Both the position numbers and the translations under genes were made by a program. Of a stretch of DNA of 64,000 bases, positions 14,261 to 26,704 are shown one piece after another (position 1 is the stretch's first letter; every line of letters begins with the position of its first letter). The notes below the pieces were generated by a model. The model was not told the DNA's origin. It saw nothing but the letters and a program-made list of their open reading frames with translations, and searched no databases. The DNA comes from Camelus ferus (lineage: Eukaryota): positions 99,884,001 through 99,948,000 of the forward strand of contig NC_045696.1 of NCBI RefSeq assembly GCF_009834535.1. Direction: 5' to 3'.

Positions 14261-14926
14261 AGTTTCTCTGTTGAGGACTTATGTATAAATATTCTACTTA
14301 GCACAATGGGAAATAAATATTAATATGGAAGGAGATTAATTAGGGAAGTTGCTAACAGTATATACTGAAGCTAGTTTTTCAACTATTTATAGGCACTTCC
14401 CTGGCTAAGTGACAGGATGGCTAAGGTACTCACATATGGAGCCCAAGAATTTTCTTCCTCCTCCTGAGGATACCCAAGATCTAATATGCCTCAAGAGACT
14501 ATAATCAGTATAGTCCAGAATATATGCCCCTTTGAAAATTTCTGATAATTGACGTTTTATTTCAAGGTAGCCCAGTGTCATATAAATTAAATATAAGAGG
14601 TATCCTAACACTGACTAGTATTTTTTAATTTGGTCAAAATCAAATCAATTACCTTAAAAGTGATCCCAGAACAAATCCATATAATTCTAAGCAGTCTGGT
14701 TGAAACCACCTTTGTCTATCCAAGGATACTACGGACATGCACATAAGACTATGAACTTTATTAAATAAGAAAAGACTACAGGAGATCAGATGATGGAGAA
14801 CTGGTTTGATTTAAAAGCAAACATTTTTTATTATTTTCACCCACCTCTAGGTTATTTTATAAAGTATTTGATTTGGCTACACAAATATTTTGACATACAA
14901 TATGATGGACAATAAAGGAATTGGGG

Positions 14927-15309
14927 ATGCTTAACATCCTAAATTATCTGAGAAGTGCAAATCAAAACTATAATGAGATAACACCTCACACTGGTCAGAA
15001 TGGCCATCATTAAAAAGTTCACAAACAATGAATGCTGGAGAGGGTATGGAGAAAGGGGAACCCTCCTATACTGATGGTGGAAATGTAGTTTAGTGCAGTC
15101 ACTGTGGAAAACAATACGGAGATTTCTTAAAAAACTAAAAATAGAGTTACTTTATGATACAGAAATCCCACTCCTGGGCATATATTCAGAGAAAACTCCA
15201 ATTCAGAAAGATATATGCACCCCAATGTTCATAGCAGCACTATTTACAATAGCTAAGATATGGAAGAAAACTAGATGTCCATTGACAGATGATTGGATAA
15301 AGAAGTAGT

Positions 15310-15356
<47 letters not shown>

Positions 15357-15803
15357 AAATACTACTCAGCCATAAAAAGAGTGAAATAATGCCATTTGCA
15401 GCAACATGGATGGACCTAGCAATTATCATACTAAGTGAAGTAAGTTAGAAGGAGAAAGACACATGTATTATATGATACTACTTACTGGGGAATCTAAAAA
15501 AATGATACAAATGAACTTATTTACAAAACAGAAACAGACTCACAGAAGTAGAAAACAAAATTATGGTTACCAAAGGGTAAAGAGGTGGGGAGGGATAAAT
15601 TAGGAGTTTTGGATTAGCAGATACAAACTACTATATATAAAATAGATAAACAACAAGTTCCTACTGTATAGCACAGGGAACTATGTTCAATATCCTAAAA
15701 TAACCTATAATGAAAAAGTATATATGTATATCAGAACCAATATGCTGTACACCAGAAGCTAACACAACATTGTAAATCAACCGTACTTCAAATAAAAAAA
15801 AAA
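14927..15803 (+). mobile_element. 5'-truncated LINE-1 (ORF2 C-terminus, 3'UTR, poly-A), sense in PLSCR5 intron 4
   Basis: ORF 15093-15308 ([43 protein letters not shown]) is the L1 ORF2 C-terminus; poly-A at about 15791-15803; degenerate flanking repeat AAAGGAATTGGGG / AAAGAAATTAGGGG. Confidence 0.93.
15312..15351. repeat. (TA)20 microsatellite inside the L1
   Basis: Uninterrupted TA run. Confidence 0.95.
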
Positions 15804-16427
15804 GAAATTAGGGGAATGAAGGGTAATGGGGCAAAATACTGAACTCAGGCCTGGAAATGCAATTGTTACTCTTTAACACTTTGGACGAAGTGAAACAGAA
15901 ATCAAATTGGTGTGTAATGACTGTAACTCTGCAAGAAGCATTTGTTTTTTATTGAACACAGAAAGGCTAGAAGTTGACAATCTGAAGAGAAAAAAAATCA
16001 TGAATGCTTAATAATTGGTAAGTGAGGATTAAAATTAGATATGTGTTTCAACAACAACAGAAAGGGAGTGGATATGAAGTACCTTATAGGAAATAGCTTC
16101 AATGCTCAACCAGCTATTGTACTTGGAACAAAAATGGCAAAGCTAGTGTCCCAGAATCAGAAGACAGCTCTGGGATAAGTTCTCCTTAGGAAAGTAAGAT
16201 CAAAGACGTGGACTTTTAGCACACAATACTGAACTTGTATCGATACAGTGCATATCTTTGTTTCTATAAATCATGAAAAAACCAGAACGTAGAAGCAGAT
16301 ATTTAGTCTATTTTGTAGAGTACAAAAATAATTTCATAATAGTATCCTGTTTAGAATTTGACACTATAGTAAAATTAAAATACAATAACCTTAGAAAATC
16401 TTACTTTATTATTATCTCTTCTTACAG

Positions 16428-16589
16428 TTAGAAATCCAAGCCCCTCCTGGTACTATAGTTGGTTATGTTGCACAGAAGTGGGACCCCTTTCTGCCTAAAT
16501 TCACAATTCAAAATGCAAACAAAGAAGATATTTTGAAAATTGTTGGTCCTTGTGCGACATGTGGCTGTTTTGGCGATGTGGATTTTGAG
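16428..16589 (+). CDS. PLSCR5: PLSCR5 coding exon 5
   Basis: cttacag|TTAGAAATCCAAGCC...TTTGAG|gtatga; 162 nt; LEIQAPPGTIVGYVAQKWDPFLPKFTIQNANKEDILKIVGPCATCGCFGDVDFE. Confidence 0.96.
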
Positions 16590-17911
16590 GTATGATTGAC
16601 AAAACAAAGGAAGTTTTCACTTAGGTCCTGATTTTTTGCAACATAATTCAATTTTTTTAAAGTTCAAATCATAATATATGTCTGAAATAAATTTAGAAAA
16701 TAATATACTTGTGAAATAATGTAGTAAGTCCATATTGTACCTGGCAATAATAACTCATAATTCCAGCAATACTAAGTCCAAAAATTTTTTTAAAACATAC
16801 CACAAAAATTTGATTGATGTGGCATTACAGTTCTTATGGCATAAAGCAAATACATATAGTTTAGAATCATCTAAATTACATCTTTCCTGTATCCCTGTTG
16901 GGAACATATCCCAGTTCTGGTATCATGTCAGGAGCACACTACATCAAAATATCACCAATTTAAAATCCATGTTCATAAGATTTGCTAACTTCACTTTGTG
17001 AAACAATCTATTCTCGTATAAAACATATTTGTGTAAATTGGATGTTTAAAAACAAAAACTACTTCCAAATTCAATGTGTAAGAATATGAACTATCTTTAA
17101 AAACTTTTCCTAGAAATATGTCTTAGACAGAGGAGACAGTCTAATTTCACATGTATATTTCTTCTTCATTTATTCACTCCATTCATTCATGCCTATCCTA
17201 CCTAGGACCTTCAGTCTGCAGGACTTCAGGGAACACTATTCATCTAGAATACAATGTGCATTTAGCAAATGAGCTGTCCTAACTCCAGCCCACTCGAAAG
17301 AGACTTGGCATGGCTTTCCTAAGAATAAAAGATAAAAATATGTCCTGTGATTGAAGAGAACTTGAGTTTTAGTATTCATGGTATAGGGATGTCCTAAATA
17401 ATTTCTCTATTTTCTATTTTCTACCTCCATACAGAAAGTGAAAGTTTATAATGAATCACTTTCAACCTTTTGAATGGGAAACAGGGCAAGCAAATGAGTA
17501 GTTGATAAAGTTTAATTGTAGACTCCTTCTAGCTGAACTAGACTTTTCATGTCAGATTAGTCTGAATTCCCCATGCGATACATTAGCCCAGAGGATTTTT
17601 AAGTGAAAAATAGAACTTAGGGTTAGTTATAAAGGAATGACCTAGTAAACGTCTGAGTGTAATAGAAAAATGAGATTAAGCAATGACTGGTGATATTTAA
17701 ACGTGTTAATAATTATAAACTCAGCAATAAAAATTTATATCTAGAAATTAATTTCTTTTAAAAATTCTTCCTAAAATCTTTCTCAAAAATACTCTTTTTT
17801 TCTTTTCTTTCTTTCTTTCTTTTTTTTAAATGAAGAATTCTGGTTTAAAATCTGGACTTCAGGTAAAGGAATTACTAACATGGTTAGACCATATAATTGA
17901 GACTATGCACC

Positions 17912-17929
17912 TGCTGCCATCTTGTGGTA
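17912..17929 (-). promoter_or_regulatory. Candidate CTCF site
   Basis: Minus strand TACCACAAGATGGCAGCA closely fits the CTCF core CCASYAGRKGGCRS; motif only. Confidence 0.45.
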
Positions 17930-18217
17930 GCTTCGCCTTAATTATTTATTGTTATTAAATTCTCAATCTGCATAAAAAAGAAAAAAAAAGGAATTATGAT
18001 GGATTCAAAAAAAATGTCAGAAAAGCAAAACTCCTAAAGAGTAAACTGGGAAGTTAAATCTTCACAACTATGCTTATATGAAGGATTGAATAACACCGAA
18101 TTATCATTTAAAGATGATGAATAAAATAATTCCTATCTCTCATGAAGTAAACATACAAAGTAAGTAAAACCTTCAGTTTCACCTTCAAATTAACAACGTC
18201 TTATATTCTCTTTAAAG

Positions 18218-18379
18218 GTGAAAACTATTAACGAAAAGCTTACAATTGGAAAGATTTCAAAGTACTGGTCGGGCTTTGTAAATGACGTTTTCACCAATGC
18301 TGACAACTTCGGAATTCACGTTCCTGCAGATCTAGATGTCACAGTCAAAGCATCGATGATTGGTGCCTGTTTTCTCTTT
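18218..18379 (+). CDS. PLSCR5: PLSCR5 coding exon 6 (GKISK motif, Ca-binding-like loop, start of C-terminal helix)
   Basis: ttaaag|GTGAAAACT...CTCTTT|gtaagt; 162 nt; VKTINEKLTIGKISKYWSGFVNDVFTNADNFGIHVPADLDVTVKASMIGACFLF. Confidence 0.96.
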
Positions 18380-18908
18380 GTAAGTATGGTCTTAAGGAAT
18401 ATAGGTGGTTTATTTCCTTCCTTTTCAGTTGTTAATTAGCCAATCCCATTTTACACATCGTTTACCCTAAGAGTGAGTTTTATGCACAGAATGCTAGTTT
18501 GGGACTACCAATCTTCAGAAGCCAGAATGTAGGAGCCTGCATTTCTTTTGGCAGCCCTCCTCCAGTGGTTCCCCACCCACTCTTTCTCAAGGATTGATAC
18601 CCCATCCACATCCTAACTCACCATTTCTCAAAACCTGAATTACTCTTCTCTTTCAATTTTTAGACTTTTGGCTTATTTTCACTTCCACTGAAAAAATATG
18701 TAAACATCAAAGCCACATTATTTATCCTGGGTCAAGTTTAGGACGGTTTCATTGCTTACCAATGCATTAGGTGATACTCAGAATGAGAAAAGAGCAGTTT
18801 TCTTGTCTTTTCAATATATACATAGATACTTGAGTCCACAGGGATGAGTTAATACGTATTAGTTTCCATTATTAAAAGATATGTGAACAAAAAATACTGC
18901 AAACCATA

Positions 18909-19348
18909 TCAGTAAACGAAGAATGCTGAAGCCATCAAGTCATCAGCGGCTGCCGCCACCCCCCAGTGAAGACAAGCCTGCAGCCCAGACTCTGCAGCCA
19001 CTCACAATGGTGCACCCTGAGGGGACTCAGAATAAGAAAGGACAGGATACTGGCCCTAGATAGCTAGGTGCTTATCAAAGGAATGAATTCAATGAGCCCA
19101 AATGTTTGCTCCCTCCCATACATAGAAAAGCACTAAATTCATTAACTTGAGATGTCTGGTTTTCTTCAGTTAACAAGTAATCTTTTAATGCTCCAACTAC
19201 CTGGTCTTTGTTGTAAAATTCCTGTGTATCCTAGCTCCTCCCCTACCTCTTTGGAGCAGTTTCTCGGAACAATCATCCCAGCTTAAGTCCTCCCGCCAGA
19301 TAAAACGTAACTCTCAACTTCCAGGCTGTGCATTTATTTCAGTCGACA
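18909..19348 (+). mobile_element. Solo ERV1-type LTR in PLSCR5 intron 6
   Basis: About 440-bp block ending ..AACTCTCAACTT..TTTCAGTCGACA, an ending I recognise from artiodactyl ERV1 LTRs; flanks CATA/GATA form an imperfect duplication; 5' end uncertain by a few bases. Confidence 0.7.
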
Positions 19349-21033
19349 GATATCATGTCTTTGTCCTTTCTTTCCAACTTACGGTTTCACTAAAAACATT
19401 TTCTTCTAGATTGGTTGTAGAAGTCAAATCATACCTGTGCCAAATCTTGGCCTGCTTTTCTCTGTTTCTGACTTTCCCTCTAATATCTCCCTCATTGCTT
19501 ACCGTTTTCAGTGCTCTCACCAAAATTCACGGAATTTTAAAATAAACCTACATTCCTCCTCTCATATTTTGTTACTCTTCCGGGTTTTAGGATCCTAAAT
19601 CTTACGGTTATATTCATAAGTGCTGCTGTGGGGGAAAAGAAGTGGCTCTATTCACTATTCTCTTCTAAAGATCCTTGGGAATTATATTAACTAAAAATAA
19701 TCCCCTAGTGATACCACTGATGAATACTTAGAGTTTAATTAACAATATATTTTGGTACTTTTTTCCCCAGAAGCTTTAGAGAAGTTATTTTAACTTACTG
19801 GTTCCCTCTCACTGGTAGAGGTAGAATTAATTTATGTAGAGTGCTAGGTCTTTGTCCTGTCTAAGCAGTCACCCTCCATTCCCATTTTCATCTACAAATC
19901 CAACCTGTCCAGGCAATCTTGCCAGCCACCTAATACTTCTTCAATTCCCCATTCTCCTTATGTGCCTGATGGGGCTTTTCACCTGCCACTTCCTGCTCAC
20001 CTTTTCTATTTTTGGACCATTCTGCATTTCAGCATCAAACATGTAGGCTCTCTCAAATGCAAGCATGCACACACACACAAACATGCCCTTTTCTCAAAAC
20101 CTTAACTTGGCCTTTCTGGTTAAGCCCCTTACTTAATTTTATATTTTAAAAAATGATCTTTAACCTGCCCTACTGACCTATTTATGTAATACGCTGATGG
20201 CAAAAATGGACACTGTCAACAATTTCCTATGACTATCAATTGAAGAAGCCCTGATGTAGATAACATCCCAATCATCCAAAAAGATAACTTTTTAACTCCA
20301 GTGTCTGAGGGAGAAACACACTCACTGAGACTATCAGACGGCTCCTATCCTTTTTTTCCCTCCCTGTTTACCATATTATTATAAAATATTTGCACTTTTC
20401 TTTGCCAATATAGCTTTTAGGACAATTTCTCACCAAGAATCATGTTTTCATTTTTAAATGCTGTCTCCATTTTATTACCGTGTGGTGAGAGATCTTCAGA
20501 AAGCCACTGGCATGAGGATATTCCCTGAACTAAATCACAAAATTCACAAGTATAACAAAATTTTTGGTCTCTTCTTGTCTGAGTTCACCATTGAACAACG
20601 CACAGCTCTGACCCCTCCCCCACAAGTTCCCTCTGGTAGAGTTTTCAGTACCTCCTCAGATGACTGCCTGGTTACTGACCACAAAGTCCAAAACGATATG
20701 TCTAACTCTTGCTCAAAGGTCAGTGTCTATTACAACTTCCCACGCTGACCCAGACTACTCCGTAATTGAATTCTAAAACATCTTGATCACCCCATATTTT
20801 GACTGATACCATGCTGATTCAGATGAGGCTTCCGAGTTACTTGCACTCTGAAAATTAGACATGTGTCACGAAGCTCGAACTTTATGATTTTTCTCCTACT
20901 GATAAATCACATGTTCCTGGAGCACCACTGGGAAACAAAATTGCCTTATGTAATCAAAGCTTACATGTGAGACTCTTGATCTTAATTGTTGCCTCTTTGT
21001 AAATTCACTCATATCCCACTTATTTATTTGTAG

Positions 21034-21072
21034 GATTTTATGTTCTTTGAACATTCACTGGCTGGATTATAA
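21034..21072 (+). CDS. PLSCR5: PLSCR5 last coding exon (DFMFFEHSLAGL*)
   Basis: ttgtag|GATTTTATGTTCTTTGAACATTCACTGGCTGGATTATAA; spliced CDS is 801 nt = 266 aa + stop. Confidence 0.95.
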   Translation, partial: DFMFFEHSLAGL

Positions 21073-21203
21073 CAAGCAAGATGACAAAAACAATAAAATA
21101 TGCAGAACATATTTCAGTAAGTAAAAGACAAGTTTAAATGATCTCTTTCCCTTTGAAGATGTCCATATTTGACGCTGTCTAATTCTTTTTCATTTTCTTC
21201 TAG

Positions 21204-21320
21204 AAATCCCTTGGGCTCTGGATTTCATTTCTGAATGGTCTGAGTATTAGATTTTTTTTTTTGGTAACAAAATGTTAATTATTATATTTATTAAAGCATA
21301 ATGTAATGAAGCAATTATCT
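21204..21320 (+). other. PLSCR5: Probable non-coding terminal exon of PLSCR5 with ATTAAA poly(A) signal (21290-21295)
   Basis: Donor CA|gtaagt at 21117, branch-like CTAAT at 21179-21183, pyrimidine tract and tag ending at 21203; 3' end estimated. Confidence 0.65.
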
Positions 21321-23609
21321 GGTTGTGAATGCATGATAGTTAAAGACGCAATGACTGGCCCCAGCACAGTGTTGCTTTGAGAGATGAGCATTCTTTCTTT
21401 TTATCCTTTGAAGTTATTGCATAGTAAGCATGAAAGATGAGAGCTAAGGCTTGCAGCATCATTGATGAAAATTCAATGTTTAGAAAGCACTTTGAAGTTT
21501 TTCTGTTACTAGGGCTGCTTGCTGATCAAAAGGACTGGACTTCTAAAGTATTTTTTTCATAGTCTTTTTTACTGTTTATTAATCTTATTACAGTGAGACG
21601 TTTTTACGTTATACTGGAAAAGTTAAAAGTTGGGTAAATAATATGTTTAAAAATGAGACGCAAGATAGACGAAATCAATTTGTTCTAGTGGCAAAAGGCA
21701 TGCTTACCTTCTATAAGGAAGCTAATATTTACAAATCAAAGCATGCTTTAAATGCATACCTGTGCTAGAGATTTAAATAAGCATATTAATAGACTTCTAA
21801 GTTGGTAAAAGCAGTGGATAGAGTAGAAACTTTATCTATTTGCAGAAAAAGTTCATTCCAAAAAGGATCTAAGGCTCTGAAAAAATGGACAACTCCCAGG
21901 ACTTAAAAACAAGCAAACAAAAACAAACAAACCTTAATACATGAGGCAAATGCAGAAGTCAGGAAACTGCCAATTCACTTAATTAATGCCTTCCATCCTA
22001 ATGTTTTCAGAGTCGTCCAGATTATTACATCTAGTTATCCGCACATTCCCCAAGTCCATAAAAGAGGAAAATTTCTTTTTGTGAATAACAATAATCCCTC
22101 TCCTCTTTTCAAAATGAGGAAACAAATTTGTTTTAAGCAAAGCACCATGTAGGCTCTACTTTAGAATTACACAAATACTACCCAAATCTCCATCCACAAA
22201 TAAGGTGTTTAAAGAATCTCCAGATAATCGCCCACTTATTAAAGGGAATGTGTTCCAAGCCTCTGTCACTTAGTTCTTTGGAATTAGGAATTTATCATCT
22301 GGAAATAATCTTGTATGTGGTAGTTAAGTTCCTCAGATAGCCCACATCAGTTTGGTTCTGGGTTCTGGATTAAGGGTTTTGACTGGGTAAGATGAAGGGA
22401 AAAGAGTCTTTCCTCTATTTTCTGGTTCAGTTTCCTTTAGCATTCTTCATCCTTACTTGACACCTTTCTGAATGCCTTTCTGGAAGGGAACAGAAGTCCT
22501 ATGTGCTGTGATAGACGTCACCCTGAGCCTGGCTCTGCCGTGTGCTAGCCGTGCATCCATAAACCGAGCATGGAGTCTTTCTGAACCTCCTCAGGCTTCC
22601 AGTATGTTACCTTGCAGAGCTTTGTGATGCTTTAGGGGAGTGAAGCTTTTCCTCTATTTCCTCTTTATCTTACTTTATCTTACTAACGTGTGTGTGATTT
22701 ATGGTCATTTACAACCAGCTAAAGGAAATGGCAGTTTTTAAGCTGATGCTTATTAACCAATAAAATGGGGAGAATAGCTAACATTTTCTGCAGGCTTATT
22801 ACAAGCTAGACATTAGGCTTGCTATGAATTCTTGGTGGGAGAGCAAAATGAAATGAAAATAAAGAAGAATCAGGCAGTATGTTGAAGACTGCCTGGCAAC
22901 CCATCCTTCCCCCTCCCCACCCTGTACTCCATGTCCCAAATTTTCTCCCTAAAGATGATCCTGCTTTCATAGCTTCTTCTTGTCCTTTACTTTGATTTCT
23001 AAAACGAAAGATTTTTTTGTAATTGCTGTCACAGCAGCAGCAGTTGAAACTTTCACAGTGGGGTAAAGATGAGAGAAAGAAAACACCATTTGTAAATACA
23101 GTCTTCTAATGACAAACTTTTGGATTTAGGAAACAAAATTCAAATAGCCTAAAACAAAAGAAAAGAGCTACTTGATACCTACATCTCATGGAGACTTCCC
23201 AAGTATGAAAATCCTTCTGAGAACATGGCACTCATTTTAAAGTTGGCTGTATTAACTAAAGACCTGCTATGGTATTTGCTCCTGCATTGGCACATACGAC
23301 AAATTAGAACCCATCCTTTCTCCCCTTCTTCATGAAAGGTGAAACTTATCTTTAAATGTCTTCCATGCACCACCTTTACTACCAAACATGAGCCCATGAA
23401 AGACTAGCAAGACTCTTGCTACTCAGTGAACATTTTAATGAAAAGAATGCAGGTCTAGAATGAGATGGGTCCTCTACGCATCAATCACTGCCTTTCCTTG
23501 GCCCACTGTGTTCTCAGAACAGAGGTTCCAACTCTGTTTCCTCTGAAATATATTGGCAAAGTCTTGACAAGATGCAAATGCCTCTCTTTCTTTCTTTCTT
23601 TCCTTCTTT

Positions 23610-24830
23610 CTTTCATTATTTTAACAAATACATATTTACTCTTAATATGCCAAAAAATAGAGTCGCCCCCCCACCTCTTATGGAGCTTACAGTTTAGTTA
23701 AAGAGACAGCTACTGATCCAATAATGACACAAGCAAAACTTAGATTTCACAGATGAGAAGTGTTTACAGAAGGTAGACAAGGTCTTAAGTAAGGTAGGGG
23801 TATGTGGCTTGGTCAGGGAGTGAGAGAATGATGGTGGATTTAATATGTGAAGAATAATTCAGAGCAGAAGGAAGAATATTTTAGGCTGAGGTACTAACAT
23901 TTACAAAAGTATCTCTGATGGAGGAAGAGGGAGACATGACAATCTCAAGTGACTTCAAGAAGGCCAATGACTAAAGTTCAGACAATGAAGAAGAATGTGG
24001 TACAAGATGAGGATGAATGGGGTCTGTAGGCCATGGTAAAGATTTTACACTCTGTCCTATTAGCAAAGCATCTGATATAATGTTGTAAGGATAGAGTTGA
24101 CTGATGAAAGATTAGATTGGTGAGAGGGCTGGAGAGGATGCTCGTGGACCAATTAGTGTTCCTAAAGTAGTTTAGGTGACAGCGAATGGTAGCTTGGATT
24201 AATGTGGCACTCATAAAAGGAGAGAAGTGGGCAGATTCAAGATACTCTTAGGAGGTAAAATCACCATTACTTGATGCTGGGTTGAAAATGGAGATTCAAA
24301 GGAGAAAGGGCATGTCTGGCCTACACCATTTAGTGACAGACAAACTATGAGAAGGGGATCTGGTTTAGGGGATCTGGTTTGGTGGTAAAAAAAGAACATG
24401 GATTCAGTTTTAAGCACATTAAACTTGTATTGCCTTTAAGTTTTCCAAAAGGGCATGTCAAATGGGCAGATGGGCATGTTTTCATCTAGTGAGTTTATGA
24501 AAAATATAATATGGATCCACAGAGATTTGAATAATCTCTGGTTTACTTCAAAGATGTCCATAACAAATATTTTTAAACATGCATGGACAATGAATTCATT
24601 CATTAATCTAAATAATATTTTATGGAATTCCTTCTATGCACTAGGCACTCTATCAGGCAGTGGAGATGTTATGCTAAGTGACCATATTGTAAAGATGCCT
24701 TCAACAAATATTTGTGAAGTTCATACTATGTGCTAGGTACCTATGTCAGCAATAAGTTGCAGCAGTGACCAAAGCAACAAGGTACCTGCCCTCGTAGAGC
24801 TTACATCCTAATACAGATAAATAAACCCAC
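23610..24830 (-). mobile_element. LINE-2 fragments
   Basis: Reverse L2 3'-end motifs (TTCAACAAATATTT..TACTATGTGCTAGGTAC..CCTGCCCTCGTAGAGCTTACAT) plus purine-rich L2 body; several pieces, approximate ends. Confidence 0.65.
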
Positions 24831-25218
24831 AGATAACAAAAATATCAGGTAAGCAAAGGTGATCACAAATACTGATAAAGATTCTATCATTTACTACCTA
24901 AAACAACTGAATATATTGCTTGCTCAGGCAAGGGAGAGCTGAGCTTGTAAGACACAGTTTAAAAGAAAAGAAGAGAACTTATTAGGGTTTTGGAAAAGTG
25001 TAGAGTTTGGAAGTTGGAGTGTGGACTTTAGCTATGGAAACATGTTTACTAGAGTAAGACTGTGCTGACTGGCTGACTGTCAGAAATCTATCTGTTCACT
25101 GGATGGAAGCCGTTGCTGATTATCTGATTTTCAGGGGTCGATTGCATGGGATGTAGCTGATTTTCTCTCAGAAGAGTGTGCAGTTTGTAATCAATCACTG
25201 ACTGACGACAGTCTGATA

Positions 25219-26704
25219 CAGGCACACCTCATTTATTGCACTTCACTTTATCACACTTCAGAGATACTGCACTTTTTACAAATTGAAGTTACGTGGCCAC
25301 CCTGCATGGAGTCAGTCTACAACAGCATTTCCAACAGCATTTGCTCAACTCATTCTCTGTGTCACATTTTGGTAATTCTTGTAATAGTCCAAACATTTCA
25401 TTATTATGATATTTGTTGTGGTGACCTGTGATCAGTGTTGATGTTACCATTATACTTGTTTTGGGGGCACTATGAACAAGGCCTTTATAAGGAGGTGAAT
25501 TTAATTGATAAATACTGTTTGTGCTCTGACTGCTCCACCAACCAGCTGTTCCCCCATCTCTCTCTTTCTCTCTCCTTGGGCCTTCTTATTCCCTGAGACA
25601 CAATAGTATTGAAATTAGGCCAACTAATAATCCTGCAGTGGCCTCTAAGTGTTCAGATGAAAGGAAGAGCTGCATGTCTCTCACTTTAAATCAAAAGCCA
25701 GAGATGAATAAGCTTAGTGAGGAAGGCACGTTGAAAGCCAAGACAGGCTGAAAGCTAGGCTGCTTGCACCAGTTAGCCAAACTGTGAATGCAAAGGAAAA
25801 GTTCTTGAAGGAAATTAGAAGTGCTACTCCAGTGAACACAGGAATGATAAGAAGTCAAAATGGGCTCATTGCTGATATGGAGAAAGTTGGAGTGGTCTGG
25901 ATAGAAGACCGAACCAGCCACAACCTTCTCTTAAGCCAAAGCCTAATCCAGAGCGAGGCTGTAACTCTCTTTAATTCTGTAAAGGCTGAGAGAGGTGAGG
26001 AGGGTACAGAAGAAAAGTCTGAAGGTAGCAGAGTTTGGTTTATGAGGTTTAAGGAAAGAAGCCATCTCCACAACGTAGAGGTACAAGGGGAAGCAGTAAG
26101 CGCTGATGTAGAAGCCGCAGCAAGTTATCCAGAAGATCTGGCTCAGATCATTAATGAGGGTGGCCACACTAAACAACAGATTGTCAATGCAGATGATTAG
26201 AGAAGATGTCATCTAGGACTTTCATAGCTAGAGAGAAGGAGCCAATGCCTGCCTTCAGAACACATGATGACTTTCTTGTTAGGGGTTAATGCAGCTGGGG
26301 ACTTTAAGTTGAAGCCAATGTTCAATTACCATTCTGAAAATCCTACAGCTCTTAAGACTTATGCTAAATCGATTTACTCTTTCTGTGATCTATAAATAGA
26401 GGAACAAAGCTTGGATGACAGTACATCTATTTACAATGTGGTTTACTGAATACTTTAAGTCCAATGTTGAGACCTACACTTTTCATTGACAATGCATCTG
26501 GTCACCCAAGAGCTCTGAAGAGATATACAATGAGATTAATGTTGTTTTCATGCCTGCTAACACAACAACCATTCTGCAGCCCATGGATCAAGGAGTAATT
26601 TCAACTTTCAAGTCTTATTCTTTAAGAAATGCACTTTGTAAGGCTATAGCCACCACAGAAAGTGATTCCTCTGATGGATCTGGGCAAAGTAAATTGAAAA
26701 CCTT
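25219..26704 (+). mobile_element. Tigger1 DNA transposon, 5' ~1.5 kb, decayed transposase
   Basis: TA then CAGGCACACCTC (Tigger1 left end); ORF 25784-26200 ([39 protein letters not shown]) and 26550-26732 ([23 protein letters not shown] region); stops and frameshifts; no right end. Confidence 0.93.
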
